A DNA stretch of 64,000 nt from a virus. Lineage: Duplodnaviria; Caudoviricetes. A model generated the notes under the pieces. It did not search any database, was not told the origin of the DNA, and was given only the letters and a program-made list of their open reading frames with translations. This document shows positions 22,511 to 33,137 of the stretch, one piece after another (within the stretch, counting starts at the first letter, position 1; every line of letters starts with the position of its first letter). The stretch lies in IMG/VR virus record IMGVR_UViG_3300029288_000066, positions 32,001-96,000 of that record. The stretch is one strand, 5' to 3'. Both the position numbers and the translations under genes were made by a program.

Positions 22511-22536
22511 TTATACGTAAATTTAGCTAAAAAGTT
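22511..22536 (-). promoter_or_regulatory. ECF-type promoter GGAAC-N16-CGTATAA
   Basis: Upstream of the ligase. Confidence 0.7.
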
Positions 22537-22886
22537 CCATAAGCCTTGTCGAAACAGTCATATTTTATTTCAATTTCTAATTCACCTGCACTTTTTAAAT
22601 TATCATTGGAAACAATTCTTGATAACTTTAAGTTTTTGAATCTATATCCAGGGAAATACAAAAGTTCAGTCCAAAGGCTTTTTATTTTTTCTTCTTTATC
22701 ATTCGTAAAAATAAAGAAATGTTCACTTTCTTTTCGTGCCATAGCACAAAGTTCATCCAAAGCAGCCTTTTCTTCTTGTGTTTTATAGTCAAGAGAAATT
22801 ACAAAAATAGTCTTTGTTTTCCCAATTTTTATATCCATGTTGATTTTTTTGTAAAAATAGCCTATATTTATGAAAAATCAAAATTT

Positions 22887-23027
22887 ATGGCAAAAAAAGA
22901 AACAAAGAAAATATCAATAGCGATTACCCCAGAAGTAGAAGAAAAATTAAGCAAAGGAAGTTTTAATTGCAATAAGCTTGTAAATCAACTTCTTAGGGAA
23001 TTTCTAAACAAAAACAACAAAAAATAA
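22887..23027 (+). CDS. Small RHH-like protein A (cassette 2), 46 aa
   Basis: MAKKETKKISIAITPEVEEKLSKGSFNCNKLVNQLLREFL; TATTTATG at 22865. Confidence 0.75.
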   Translation: MAKKETKKISIAITPEVEEKLSKGSFNCNKLVNQLLREFLNKNNKK

Positions 23028-23042
23028 TTATGGATTTCCATA

Positions 23043-23080
23043 ATTTTACTTTTTTCTACTATTTATAATAAACAATTAGA
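23043..23080 (+). promoter_or_regulatory. Conserved cassette box (copy 2)
   Basis: 29 nt identical to copy 1 (TTTTTTCTACTATTTATAATAAACAATTA). Confidence 0.75.
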
Positions 23081-23156
23081 GTTTTCCTTCTTTTTTAAAA
23101 GATTGCTTTATATAGTTTTGTAAAGTTAGAGAAAAACGAACCAAATTATAAACCAC

Positions 23157-23333
23157 ATGGGAAGGAAAAAAATTAAACCAGAAAATAAGAAGAAAATCCT
23201 TACAATTAATATTGAATCTGATTCATATGAAAGATTCGAAAGACTAGGTATTAAAAATAAATCTAAATTCTTTAATTGGCTCTTGGAACAGCATTTTAAC
23301 GAATTAAAGTGCGAAGGGAATAGCTATGTCTAA
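23157..23333 (+). CDS. Small RHH-like protein B (cassette 2), 58 aa
   Basis: MGRKKIKPENKKKILTINIESDSYERFERLGIKNKSKFFNWLLEQHFNE...; overlaps the nuclease ATG by 8 nt. Confidence 0.8.
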   Translation: MGRKKIKPENKKKILTINIESDSYERFERLGIKNKSKFFNWLLEQHFNELKCEGNSYV

Positions 23334-24327
23334 GAAACTAACAACAGAAGAGTTTGTTCAAAAGGCAAGAGCTGTGCATGGAAACAAATACGATTATTCA
23401 AATATCGTGTATATTAATGCCGTTACAAAAATAAAAATTAAATGTTTTATGCACGGAAATTTTAAACAATTGCCTTATGTTCATTTAAAAGGAAGCGGAT
23501 GCACTAAATGCGAAAATGATAAGAAAAAATCAACAACAAATGAATTTATAAAGAAAGCAAAAAATACTCATGGCGACAAATATGATTATTCACAGGTAAA
23601 CTATAAAAGCGCACATGCAAAAGTTAAAATAATTTGCCCTAAACATGGAGAATTTGAACAGGTCGCCAATTTGCACATTCGTGGCCATGAATGCATGCAG
23701 TGTTCTGTTAAAAAAAGGTCAACTTTAAGAGCAAAAGACTTAAAAAACTTTATTCGTGATGCAAAGAAAATTCATAGCGATAAATATGATTATTCAATTT
23801 CTATCTATAAAAACAGTGCAACCAAATTAAAGATACTATGCAAAAAACATGGTGTTTTCGAACAACGACCAGCAGACCATTTAAAAGGATGTGGCTGCCC
23901 AAAGTGTAAATCATCAAAAGGAGAAATAAAAATATTTAACATTTTTGTAAAAAACAATATTAATTTTAAATCAGAACATCACTTAAAAAATTGTAATTAC
24001 AAAAAAAAATTGTTTTTCGATTTTTATGCCATTGACACTAAGTGCTGCCTTGAAATCAACGGAATACAACACTTTAAACCAGTTGAATTCTTTGGTGGCA
24101 CGAAAGTTTTTGAAGATAATCTAAAAAGAGATTCAATAAAAGAAAATTTTTGTTTGAGACATAAACTCCCATTAATTATCTTTTGGGAAACAGGAGAAAA
24201 AACAAATAAGTGGAATTTTGTAGATTTGTTCGAAAATTGCCCATCAAAAATAAAATTTCTGTTGTTAAAAGAAAGATTTGTAGAAAAAACAAATAGTGAG
24301 TACAAAGATTTTAAATCATCTTTTTAA
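23326..24327 (+). CDS. Homing-type endonuclease: HG.KYDYS zinc-finger repeats (DUF723-like) plus PD-(D/E)XK/Vsr-like domain
   Basis: Three HGDKYDYS...IIC.KHG.F.Q...H..G.GC..C repeats; SKGE; FDFY...LEINGIQHF. Confidence 0.8.
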   Translation: MSKKLTTEEFVQKARAVHGNKYDYSNIVYINAVTKIKIKCFMHGNFKQLPYVHLKGSGCTKCENDKKKSTTNEFIKKAKNTHGDKYDYSQVNYKSAHAKVKIICPKHGEFEQVANLHIRGHECMQCSVKKRSTLRAKDLKNFIRDAKKIHSDKYDYSISIYKNSATKLKILCKKHGVFEQRPADHLKGCGCPKCKSSKGEIKIFNIFVKNNINFKSEHHLKNCNYKKKLFFDFYAIDTKCCLEINGIQHFKPVEFFGGTKVFEDNLKRDSIKENFCLRHKLPLIIFWETGEKTNKWNFVDLFENCPSKIKFLLLKERFVEKTNSEYKDFKSSF

Positions 24328-25536
24328 TTATTTCTACAATCTTTTCTATCATTTCTTTCTTGTCAGAAATCGGTTTAAATTTTTCATCTATTGATTTTAA
24401 TCTGCTTCCAATATATTCAAATCCTTCGAATCCATTTTCACGTCCCATAATCATTGTAAATCCTGGAATTGTTTGTCCCTTCGCAAACCACTCTCCAGCC
24501 TCAAATCTACTTGTTCTTGCGAAACTTCTTCCAGGAATTTTCTCTGTTTCTTTGGCAAACCAAAAAACTACACACCCATGCTTGCTTGATTTATTTAAAT
24601 ATTTCGTTTCCCAATCTACTTGCTGCTCATAAATAAAATCTTTTGGTTTTTCTAATCTTCTTGGAGAACAAATGACAATGTTCCTGTTCGTTTTTATATC
24701 TTTTAACTCTTTCTTTATTTTTTCTATAAATTCTTCTTGCCAATTTTCGCAACCAGAAGCAGGCCCTGCAAGAAATAAAAATATACTTTCATTTAATTCT
24801 GAGTCAACAAATTCATACTCTTCTGGAGCTCTCAAAACTACAATTTCTCCTTTTCTATTTGCTACGTTTGCAATCGCTTCTCCAATGAACACATTAGCAT
24901 CATAGAATTTTTTTATTGCGTTATGCAAGAACAATATTTTCTCTTCGCTTAAAGGAATAAAATTATTTGCATCTGCCGAAATATTTATAATATTCCTTTG
25001 AACCAAAAAAAGTTTGTGAATGTGCCCGCATATATTGAACACGTTTGTTTTTGCATTAGTTGGAAAATGGTTAATGTAAAAAATTTTTCCATCTATTTTT
25101 ACTTCTAATTCATCGACAATCTTTTCGAAATACCTTGATAATATTTTATCATTTATTTCATATTTTGCTGTGCCTTTGCCGCTCTCATCATTTATGTTTA
25201 TATCATAATTGCCCTTCACAAGCCATTTTTCTCCATTACACTCGTTTAACATTGATAATCCGTCTAAAGTCATAGAAACATCTCCAGCCACTATGACTAA
25301 ATCTTGCTTCCCCACTGTTTTGTTCCACATTTTCACAATATATTCATTAACTTCTTTTGAGTTTTTGAATAATTCTTCACGAAAATACAAATTTAATCTT
25401 TCATCATCAAAATGCAAATCTGATATAAAAAACCTTTTTCTTTTTTTCTTTTTTTCTTTTCTGATTCTTCAATAATCATTTTCTCACGAATTTGACTTTT
25501 TACAATTTCTACAATTTGTTCTACTTTTTGTTCCAT
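24311..25536 (-). CDS. Metallophosphoesterase fused to nucleoside 2-deoxyribosyltransferase-like domain; frameshift in A-rich tract 25441-25460
   Basis: FISDLHF, AGDV, KGNYD, CGHIH; C-domain IFLAGP...WQ...QVDWE...TSRFEAGEW; only upstream ATGs (25536, 25479) are one base out of frame. Confidence 0.75.
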
Positions 25537-26363
25537 ATATTATCCTTTTATGTATTTAACTTCCTGGACTTTGCTTATTTCTCCATGAATTCCTTTTGGT
25601 ATTTTATTTACATGGTATCCCATATATAAGTTAGTTATAGGGCATTTAACCGAACTTAACCGACCAAGTTTTTTCAGCACCTATATTTGGATTCTTTGAC
25701 ATTTTCCATATTATTAATCTTGGATATTTAGAAAAATGTTTTGACCTTGTAATCCAAATCGTATATCTGAAAATTGAGAATACTAAATAATCAATTTCCA
25801 TTCCTTCGTTTCGCTTTCTGTTGATAATCATAATTTTAAGTTTTAATTTTTTAAAAGCAACAATGTATTTGCGCCCATTTAATCTTCATCAAAAAAATCA
25901 TTAATAAGGGGCGTCCACTTATCAATTTTTCCATTTTCATCGACATCCATAATAATATAATCTCCGTACCCATTTTCTTTTGGACACATAATACTAGGAA
26001 CATAGCCATCTATTTCCTTTACGAGATTGTTATTATCATCGTATAAGGAATAAATTCCGCAGTCACAAACTTTATAATGTATTTTCGCCGTTTTCCCCTT
26101 TTCCCAGTTGATAATTATCCCACTGTCAATATCAATAACAGGACACCACACTTCTCCGATTTTACAAGGAATCAAAGTGCCACCGACATCTTCTATGCCA
26201 TTCACATCAGCATCTTCATAGTAACGAATTTTTGCTTTTACTATAAGCGTTTTAATTTCAACTTCTTTTTCGACTCTAATTATTGCTTTCATAATTTAAA
26301 ATAAAAATGCCCATAACTTTTAATTATGAGCAAAGGTATTAAAAAAAAATGTAATATACAAAT

Positions 26364-28310
26364 TTATCTGCCGATATTTGACGCCGTTCTCGCCGCTGAA
26401 CGTTTTACTAATCCGAACCACTTCTGAATGGGCACCAATTTCATAGCCTGCTCTTTGGTAACATCGATTCCAAAGTTCGTTCTTAACAAACTCAAAAGTC
26501 TTTCTATTCCATAGAAATTTGGGTTGTCAACAAAAGATGTAACAACCTTTTTAACAAAATCATTATATATTGGTTCTCCCACTGTATCAATAATTTCTTC
26601 TTTTGTTAAGTTTGTTCTTTTGTTAATCGGGTCTTCAGCTGTAACATCTAAAATTCTGCTAATGTACTGCACATATTTGTCATAGCCAAGCTCGTCAATA
26701 ATGACATCTTTACTTACATCCAATTTGTTTTCAAATGGACTAATCATTGCTTTATCATAAAGGTCTTTTATGTATTTTTCAAACTTGTAATCACCAATTA
26801 TTTCCTTAAGCTGCTGAGCCGTTAAATCAACATCATAGTTCGATTTTAAGATTGCCAAAACACCATTTACCCCCGAAACATTATCAGAATTAATCAATTT
26901 TTCTATTATATTGATTATAAAGGCATCATATTTTTCTTTTCCTATTGTCTCTATGACCTCTTCTTTGCTTAGGTTAAGCTTTTTGTTTGAGGGGTCTTCG
27001 GAAAGTTTTTCTAATATTTTTTCAACATATTCAACATAGCTTTGTAACCCAAGCTCATCAACAATTTCCTGTTTTGTTACCTCTAATCTGTTCAGGACTG
27101 GGTTTTCCATTGCCTTGTCCAAAAGAGCTCTTATATATTCTTTATACTTTTCATCTCCAACAAACGTTTTAAGCTCTTGCTGTGTCAAATGAATATCATA
27201 GTTATCTCTTAGTTTTTGTAAAACACTTCCAAGGCTGTGAATATTATCGCTCTCTAACAATTTTTGAACTAATGCTGTCACAAACTTTTTGTGATTTTCT
27301 TCTCCAATAACTCTTTTAATTTCTTCTTGAGAAACGTTTAATCTGTTATAGGCTGGATTTTCCAACACTTTGCCCAATTGTTTATATATATATTTTTTAT
27401 ATAATTCTTCTCCAATGATTTTTTTTGCTTCATCCATGCTTATTTCCAATTTACTGTAAGATGTGTTGTCAAGATTTTTAATAAGCATATTATAAACATA
27501 CTCTTTGAATTTTTCTCCGACAAAGATGTTTTTAATCTGTTCCAGATTCAAGTCATTAGAATAACGCCAATTAAATCCTTTTAATGTTCCTTTATTTGCC
27601 ATATCTCTAAGAAAATCGTACACAAATGGTATATATTTTTCAACTGGTGGCTGATTTCTTTTACCTTTTACCTGGGTAACATATAATTTATCGGGTTCTC
27701 CATTATATGCAATGGTTACGTGTGGTTCTTTGTTTTTGTCTCTTAAAGAAAAAAGAGTTGTCGCCGAACTATCTACCCCACAATGTCCCATTGCCGCAGC
27801 CTCAACACTTGAGTTGTTTGTATGCAAATCAATCCAATAATCATTGTCTGGATACGTTTTTAATATAGTACCAGATTCATCTTCGATTTTTCCTTTCGCC
27901 TCCTTAGAAGAATTCCATTCATTTGCGTTTTCTACGGCTTCTGACAAACTATCAATTTGCCTAAGGTCTACTGGCTGCCCTGATACATTAGCGTCTTTTA
28001 TCCACTCTAAAACATAGTTTAGCTCACCCACTTTTGACCTTGAATAAGCCACCAACTCTTCCTGGTCTAACATTGGAAGGATATTCTTTATATGACCTCC
28101 CCCAGAGCCTTTTTCTTTAGCAAATTCCTTCGTAAGTATATTGCCCAAAAAAACAGAATATTTTTTATTAAACTCAAGCAAAAAATTTGACATGCCATCT
28201 GAAAAACCAAGCCCCCTCAATTTGTCTGTATCATTCTCAGTTAGCAACTCACTCTCCGAAAGTAAACCAGCCAATTTTTGGATTCTTGATTTATACTCCT
28301 CTGAAATCAT
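26364..28310 (-). CDS. Late protein with PcfJ-like domain and C-terminal helical repeats
   Basis: EAAAMGHCG..LFSLRD...PHVTI...QVKGKRNQPP; about 9 repeats; TATTTATA at 28328. Confidence 0.65.
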   Translation of the reverse strand: MISEEYKSRIQKLAGLLSESELLTENDTDKLRGLGFSDGMSNFLLEFNKKYSVFLGNILTKEFAKEKGSGGGHIKNILPMLDQEELVAYSRSKVGELNYVLEWIKDANVSGQPVDLRQIDSLSEAVENANEWNSSKEAKGKIEDESGTILKTYPDNDYWIDLHTNNSSVEAAAMGHCGVDSSATTLFSLRDKNKEPHVTIAYNGEPDKLYVTQVKGKRNQPPVEKYIPFVYDFLRDMANKGTLKGFNWRYSNDLNLEQIKNIFVGEKFKEYVYNMLIKNLDNTSYSKLEISMDEAKKIIGEELYKKYIYKQLGKVLENPAYNRLNVSQEEIKRVIGEENHKKFVTALVQKLLESDNIHSLGSVLQKLRDNYDIHLTQQELKTFVGDEKYKEYIRALLDKAMENPVLNRLEVTKQEIVDELGLQSYVEYVEKILEKLSEDPSNKKLNLSKEEVIETIGKEKYDAFIINIIEKLINSDNVSGVNGVLAILKSNYDVDLTAQQLKEIIGDYKFEKYIKDLYDKAMISPFENKLDVSKDVIIDELGYDKYVQYISRILDVTAEDPINKRTNLTKEEIIDTVGEPIYNDFVKKVVTSFVDNPNFYGIERLLSLLRTNFGIDVTKEQAMKLVPIQKWFGLVKRSAARTASNIGR

Positions 28311-28378
28311 TTTTTTTGTATTTTCTCTATAAATAACCTAAATTTTTCCATATTTATTAAAAACCAAATTTTTATTAT

Positions 28379-29929
28379 ATGAAAAAGGCAGAAAAAATTA
28401 AAAAACTCCTAGAGGAAAAGTTTAATTCACCCCCCCAATCTCTGGAAGAAGATATTAAGATAAAGAAATTAAATCCAGAAGTAGACGGTTCATACTATAT
28501 TTTCGCAACATCCGACTCAATAGACCCCAAAACAAGAACCATGGAAACGGGGAACTTTGGAAACTTATCAAACGTTGCAAAAAGTGCGCAGCACAAGTGG
28601 GGTCACGATTTTACAATGCCTGTAAATGTAAAATATAAAGATAAATTCGGTTGGGGATATAAGATAACCCCAGGAATGAGCTCAGAAGAAGCGTCCAGGC
28701 TTCTTGACCAACTAAAAAAATTGGTTGATGAGTATAATGTAATGAAGAAACGTCCAATAGACCCAGAAACTGCCAGCCTTTCATCTCCAGAACAAGTAAG
28801 TGCAATATCACAAATAGCAGATATGGTTGAAAAAGCTATAGAAGACAATACAAATCCTAAAATAAAAGAAAACCTTGAACATTATCTAGATGAGCTTGAA
28901 AACGCTATTCAAACCGATGAAGTATACCAATTTTTAATTGAGTCGTATGAGAAGACTAGCAATTTCCAGAAAAGAAACCTTTTGTTCTATCGTTATTCTT
29001 TTGGAAATGCTCTTATAATCAGATATGCTGACCCAGAGGCAACATTTGCCGCATCAAAAAAAGGTTGGGAAGATAAAGGATATAGAATAAAACCAGAATT
29101 TTCACAAGGTATTACCATATTCAAAAAAGGGCTGCAAAACACCACTCTTAAAAACGCCAAATGGTTCGAAAGGAACCCAGAAGAATGGAGACAATATAAA
29201 GACACATTTGATATTCCTTTTGGAATGACTGTTGAAAAATATTTAGAAGGCTCAAAAAAAGGGTCAATAGATTGGAAAAAGGCAAGACAATTAGCCACAT
29301 TCGGATTAAACAACAGGTTTTTTACCAATTATACCCCAGCTGGCGGTGATATGATACCAATTAGTACATACACAGACACTATGATTGAACCTATTCCAGG
29401 AGTTGAGCAGGTTCCCCTAGATTCATCAGAATTCTATGCAAAGGAAGACCCAATACAATCAATGGATATTAAAAAGAAAGTTGAGGTTCTTTTTGACGCT
29501 GTTCAAAAAATAGCAGATAAAATGAATGTTAATACCATTGGTATAAAAAAAGGAGACGGAGGCATAAATCAGTTTAATAGACTTTTATCTTTGGTCGCAT
29601 TGGAAAGAATTTACAAGAGGTTTGGAAAACAAATGCTTCAAGATAAATCAAAAACTGTAGAAAACGAAGAGCTTCTGAAAGGATACGCAGAAGTTGTCTC
29701 TCATATTGTAAGAAAAAACTATGGTTTGCCAGCAGAATCTAGCAAGTACAATATTACGAACCTTGGCGCTGACAGAGAAGCCATCAAAGCAAGAAGTAAA
29801 GACATTCTTTCAATAGCACATTATATGATTGAAGATATTGACTTGGCAATGGGTAAGACTCTAGAAGCAATTCAAGAAGCAAGAAAAGCAATTAGAAACA
29901 TTTTATTTGAACATTTCCTTAACAAATAA
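28379..29929 (+). CDS. ArdC-like (ssDNA-binding N-domain plus degenerate zincin) protein
   Basis: YRYSFGNALIIRYADPEATFAASKKGWEDKGYRIK; YAEVVSHIVRKNYGL...SKYNI. Confidence 0.6.
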   Translation: MKKAEKIKKLLEEKFNSPPQSLEEDIKIKKLNPEVDGSYYIFATSDSIDPKTRTMETGNFGNLSNVAKSAQHKWGHDFTMPVNVKYKDKFGWGYKITPGMSSEEASRLLDQLKKLVDEYNVMKKRPIDPETASLSSPEQVSAISQIADMVEKAIEDNTNPKIKENLEHYLDELENAIQTDEVYQFLIESYEKTSNFQKRNLLFYRYSFGNALIIRYADPEATFAASKKGWEDKGYRIKPEFSQGITIFKKGLQNTTLKNAKWFERNPEEWRQYKDTFDIPFGMTVEKYLEGSKKGSIDWKKARQLATFGLNNRFFTNYTPAGGDMIPISTYTDTMIEPIPGVEQVPLDSSEFYAKEDPIQSMDIKKKVEVLFDAVQKIADKMNVNTIGIKKGDGGINQFNRLLSLVALERIYKRFGKQMLQDKSKTVENEELLKGYAEVVSHIVRKNYGLPAESSKYNITNLGADREAIKARSKDILSIAHYMIEDIDLAMGKTLEAIQEARKAIRNILFEHFLNK

Positions 29930-29931
29930 TT

Positions 29932-31596
29932 ATGAACTCAAAAAAAGAATTAAAAGAATTTTTGCTTAAAATATTAAGTGAGATTACCAACTCTGGTGGA
30001 GGAAGACCCCAAACGGCTCCTACTGTTGAACCTGATATAAAAACAAAACCTTCTACATCTCCTCCTGCGCCAACTCAAGAGCCAAACAGAAGAAGAAAGT
30101 TAACCCCAGATAGATGGCCAGAAGAAACCCCAGGTCCTAAGCCTAAAGCCGAAGGAAAAGAAGTAAGCATAGAGGAAGTTATTAAAGAAATGAAAATAAT
30201 TGAAGAATTAACAAGAATGAAAACGTTAATTTCTGAAAACAGACAAATAGCACAAGAAATGGCAATGAACATAGAAGACCCCGAATATGAAACTCCAAAT
30301 CCATCAGTACGAACGGGGATAGAAGGCGGTAAAAAGACTGCATTCAGCGATTCTGAGTTTTTCAAGGGGGGAACACCAGATTATTCTACATTAGAAAAAA
30401 TAGGGAGCGAAGAGTTTAACCAAATAATAAAAGATGTTAAACCATTTGGAAAAATGAACATGCAAGAATTTATGCAAGCATTTCAATTAATGTCATCTAT
30501 AGAAATGCCAAACAAAGAAGCATTAGAAGCGCTTGCTATAAGAAAGATTAAAGAACAATTTGGACTTCCAGATGAAGTTTCCGATAAATTAGAAGCAAAA
30601 TTGGTAAGACAGGTTAATAAACCTGACGAAGATACCGATAATTTAGAACAAGAAGTTGAAAAGGATTTACAGTTTACCGATGAAGAAAAGGAAATTATAA
30701 GGCAGCATGTAGAGAAGAGGAAGCTTCAAAATGCGCTCATGATGGGAGCGGGGTTTCGAGCCCATTCTGCATTCAGGTCAATAAAAAACGATTTAGACGC
30801 TATTGACCCAAGGCTACATCCTTTGTATGAAAAAACAATGCCCAACGTTGCTTTATTTATGTGGCAATATCCGTTGGAAGATATGATGGGGGGGGTAACA
30901 ATGATGGGACTTTCTAAGCTCAAAAAAGACGAGAATAACAATGTTAAAGCAGAAGCCCAGGCAACTATATTTCCGATACTCCTACACGAAACAGCCAAGG
31001 CTGCAATAGAACTTCTTTTTGCATACTACTTAATTGACCTTACTGAAAAATATGGCAAAAATGTATCTTCAGAAATCATAAAACAATCTGATGTTTTTGA
31101 AGAAGAAATTTGGCATAAGAGAATAGGACCAAAACTCTGGAAATACCTACACGACGTAATTGATTATGTTATTGTTCACGATAAAGAAAGCAATTACACT
31201 TTGGTTTCTTATTTGTTACACGACATATCAATGATGGAGCCTGCTGAGTTTGTGAATTTTATGACTAATATTGTTTATAATGGTGAAAAATCAATAGAAA
31301 TTGTAAGTCAAATGGTTGATGTCATTGAACATGATTTAGAAAGGTCTGGAGAGGCCGACCAAACAGAAACAGAAACAAATGATGAAAATCTACTAAGAAC
31401 AGCGAATAGAGTTGGAGACACATTGGCAAAACTAACTCAATCGGCAAGCGAAAAGCAGCAATCACAAGAAAATGTCGCAAAGGATTTTGTGGGAATGAGT
31501 GTGGAAGAACTACAGATTGAATTGCAGGACGCTATTGATACGGAGCGCTATGAAGATGCGGCAAAAATAACAAAAATAATTAAAAGCAAAATTTAA
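29932..31596 (+). CDS. Late/virion-type protein with HE motif and C-terminal UVR domain
   Basis: Pro-rich linker; FPILLHETAK; ELQIELQDAIDTERYEDAAKI. Confidence 0.6.
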   Translation: MNSKKELKEFLLKILSEITNSGGGRPQTAPTVEPDIKTKPSTSPPAPTQEPNRRRKLTPDRWPEETPGPKPKAEGKEVSIEEVIKEMKIIEELTRMKTLISENRQIAQEMAMNIEDPEYETPNPSVRTGIEGGKKTAFSDSEFFKGGTPDYSTLEKIGSEEFNQIIKDVKPFGKMNMQEFMQAFQLMSSIEMPNKEALEALAIRKIKEQFGLPDEVSDKLEAKLVRQVNKPDEDTDNLEQEVEKDLQFTDEEKEIIRQHVEKRKLQNALMMGAGFRAHSAFRSIKNDLDAIDPRLHPLYEKTMPNVALFMWQYPLEDMMGGVTMMGLSKLKKDENNNVKAEAQATIFPILLHETAKAAIELLFAYYLIDLTEKYGKNVSSEIIKQSDVFEEEIWHKRIGPKLWKYLHDVIDYVIVHDKESNYTLVSYLLHDISMMEPAEFVNFMTNIVYNGEKSIEIVSQMVDVIEHDLERSGEADQTETETNDENLLRTANRVGDTLAKLTQSASEKQQSQENVAKDFVGMSVEELQIELQDAIDTERYEDAAKITKIIKSKI

Positions 31597-32672
31597 GCAA
31601 AAATTTTTCTAAATTCATCATAGTTTTTATCAATTATAAAAATAAAACTATATCCTTGACTTAAACATGTTCTTTGTTTTGTCAAGTTCTTGTCTAAATA
31701 TTTTTTGTACGTATAGGTTGATTTTATTTCAATTATTAAATTTTTACTTTCCAAGTAAAAATCAGAAAAGTAAATTCTTTTTTTACCTTCGAAAAAATAT
31801 TGTATCGTTTTACCGCCTTTTATCGGAACTTTATTGTCAAAACAAAAATCCAAAAAATGCTTTTCATATGTTCCACGGTAATATAATCCAGTTTTCTTGT
31901 GTGTTTTTCTTTTAAACCCACTCTTTTGTTGTTTTTCGTGTATTTCTTTGTTTTGTGTGGCGTGCTCTACTCCATATTTTTTTAAACAAACACTTTTTAT
32001 TTTTTTCAGTATATTCTTGCTTTGAAATACGTTTTCTACTCCATATTTTTCCATACAGGTTTTTTTCTTTTTATTCTTTACACTTTCATTTTGACTAGGA
32101 TTTTCAACACCAAAGTTTTTTAAACATGTTATTTTCTTCTTGTTTTTCACGTCCTCACTTTTATTTGGAGAATTAACCCCATATTTTTTTAAACTTGTTT
32201 TTTTTGATTTTTTTGCCACTTTTTTATTCTGCATTGGATTCTCTGCTCCATATTTTTCCATACAAGTTTTTTTCTTTTTAATCTTTACATCTTCGTTTTG
32301 ATTTGGGTTCTCAACGCCAAAGTTTTTCAGACATGTTTCCTTTACTTTGTTTTTTATTATTTCACTTTGACTTATATTGTTAACTCCATATAACCTTAAA
32401 TAAGTTTGTTCTTTTTTCCCCATAGAACATTTAGAGCTACAGCAATACCACCCCTGATTCTCAAAATTTATAGCATATACATAATAACGAAGACTTTTTT
32501 CTTTTCCGCAAATATCACATTTTGCACGAATAATCGCACTACTTTTTCTCTTTAAATGTTTCACGGGTACCAACATTTTTTTCCCAACAAACAAATTTTC
32601 GTATCCCAAATTTTTAAAATGCTTAAAATTAGAAGTGGCGACAATTATTTCAACCTCTTTAGTTAGTATCAT
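31593..32672 (-). CDS. Homing-type endonuclease: KYGVEN repeats plus PD-(D/E)XK domain (cassette 3)
   Basis: CDICG, TC..KYGV.NP.Q repeats; YRGTYE..F; YFSDFY...LIIEIKS.YT; paralogue of 39558. Confidence 0.8.
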   Translation of the reverse strand: MILTKEVEIIVATSNFKHFKNLGYENLFVGKKMLVPVKHLKRKSSAIIRAKCDICGKEKSLRYYVYAINFENQGWYCCSSKCSMGKKEQTYLRLYGVNNISQSEIIKNKVKETCLKNFGVENPNQNEDVKIKKKKTCMEKYGAENPMQNKKVAKKSKKTSLKKYGVNSPNKSEDVKNKKKITCLKNFGVENPSQNESVKNKKKKTCMEKYGVENVFQSKNILKKIKSVCLKKYGVEHATQNKEIHEKQQKSGFKRKTHKKTGLYYRGTYEKHFLDFCFDNKVPIKGGKTIQYFFEGKKRIYFSDFYLESKNLIIEIKSTYTYKKYLDKNLTKQRTCLSQGYSFIFIIDKNYDEFRKIFA

Positions 32673-32839
32673 AGAGATTCCTCCTTACTAAAAACATCAA
32701 GATGCTCTTTTAATAACCAATTAAAAAATTTGGATTTATTCTTCACGCCTAAATTTTCCAATCTCTTATATAGTTCTATTTCTATATTAAGAGTCAGATT
32801 CTTCTTTTTCTTTTCTGATTCAATTTTCTTGCGTCCCAT
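32669..32839 (-). CDS. Small RHH-like protein B (cassette 3), 56 aa
   Basis: MGRKKIESEKKKKNLTLNIEIELYKRLENLGVKNKSKFFNWLLKEHLDVFSKEESL; ATGA overlap with the nuclease. Confidence 0.8.
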   Translation of the reverse strand: MGRKKIESEKKKKNLTLNIEIELYKRLENLGVKNKSKFFNWLLKEHLDVFSKEESL

Positions 32840-32850
32840 ATCTATAAGTT

Positions 32851-32890
32851 TTTAATGTTTCTTATAAATATGCAGAAAAAAAGTAAAAAC
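32851..32890 (-). promoter_or_regulatory. Conserved cassette box (copy 3)
   Basis: GTTTTTACTTTTTTTCTGCATATTTATAAGAAACATTAAA on the minus strand. Confidence 0.7.
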
Positions 32891-32906
32891 AAGGATTTTC
32901 TCGTGT

Positions 32907-33044
32907 TTATTTTTCTTTTTTTTCTAAATATTTTTTAAGTAATTGATTTACAAGCTTATTGCTATTAAACCCTCCTTCATTTAATTTTTTATAAATTTCT
33001 GGGTCAATTACTATGGTGAGTTTTTTAGTTTCTTTTTTTGCCAT
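32907..33044 (-). CDS. Small RHH-like protein A (cassette 3), 45 aa
   Basis: MAKKETKKLTIVIDPEIYKKLNEGGFNSNKLVNQLLKKYLEKKEK; TATTTATA at 33060. Confidence 0.75.
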   Translation of the reverse strand: MAKKETKKLTIVIDPEIYKKLNEGGFNSNKLVNQLLKKYLEKKEK

Positions 33045-33137
33045 GATTTATAATTTTTATATAAATATAATACAATTTTTCTTTAATTTTCAAGTAGGAT
33101 TTTTCTTTTTTTATACGAAAATAATGCAGGGAAAAGT

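Noticed and set aside
2464-25460. Multiple -1 frameshifts (about 2772, 9580, 15345, 25450) as programmed recoding
   Set aside because: Each is fixed by adding one A to an A-run. Compensating losses at 2633-2656 also turn an expected GEKNENYGKKL NUMOD3 motif into GEKTKITEKL. The pattern points to homopolymer under-calling in the assembly.
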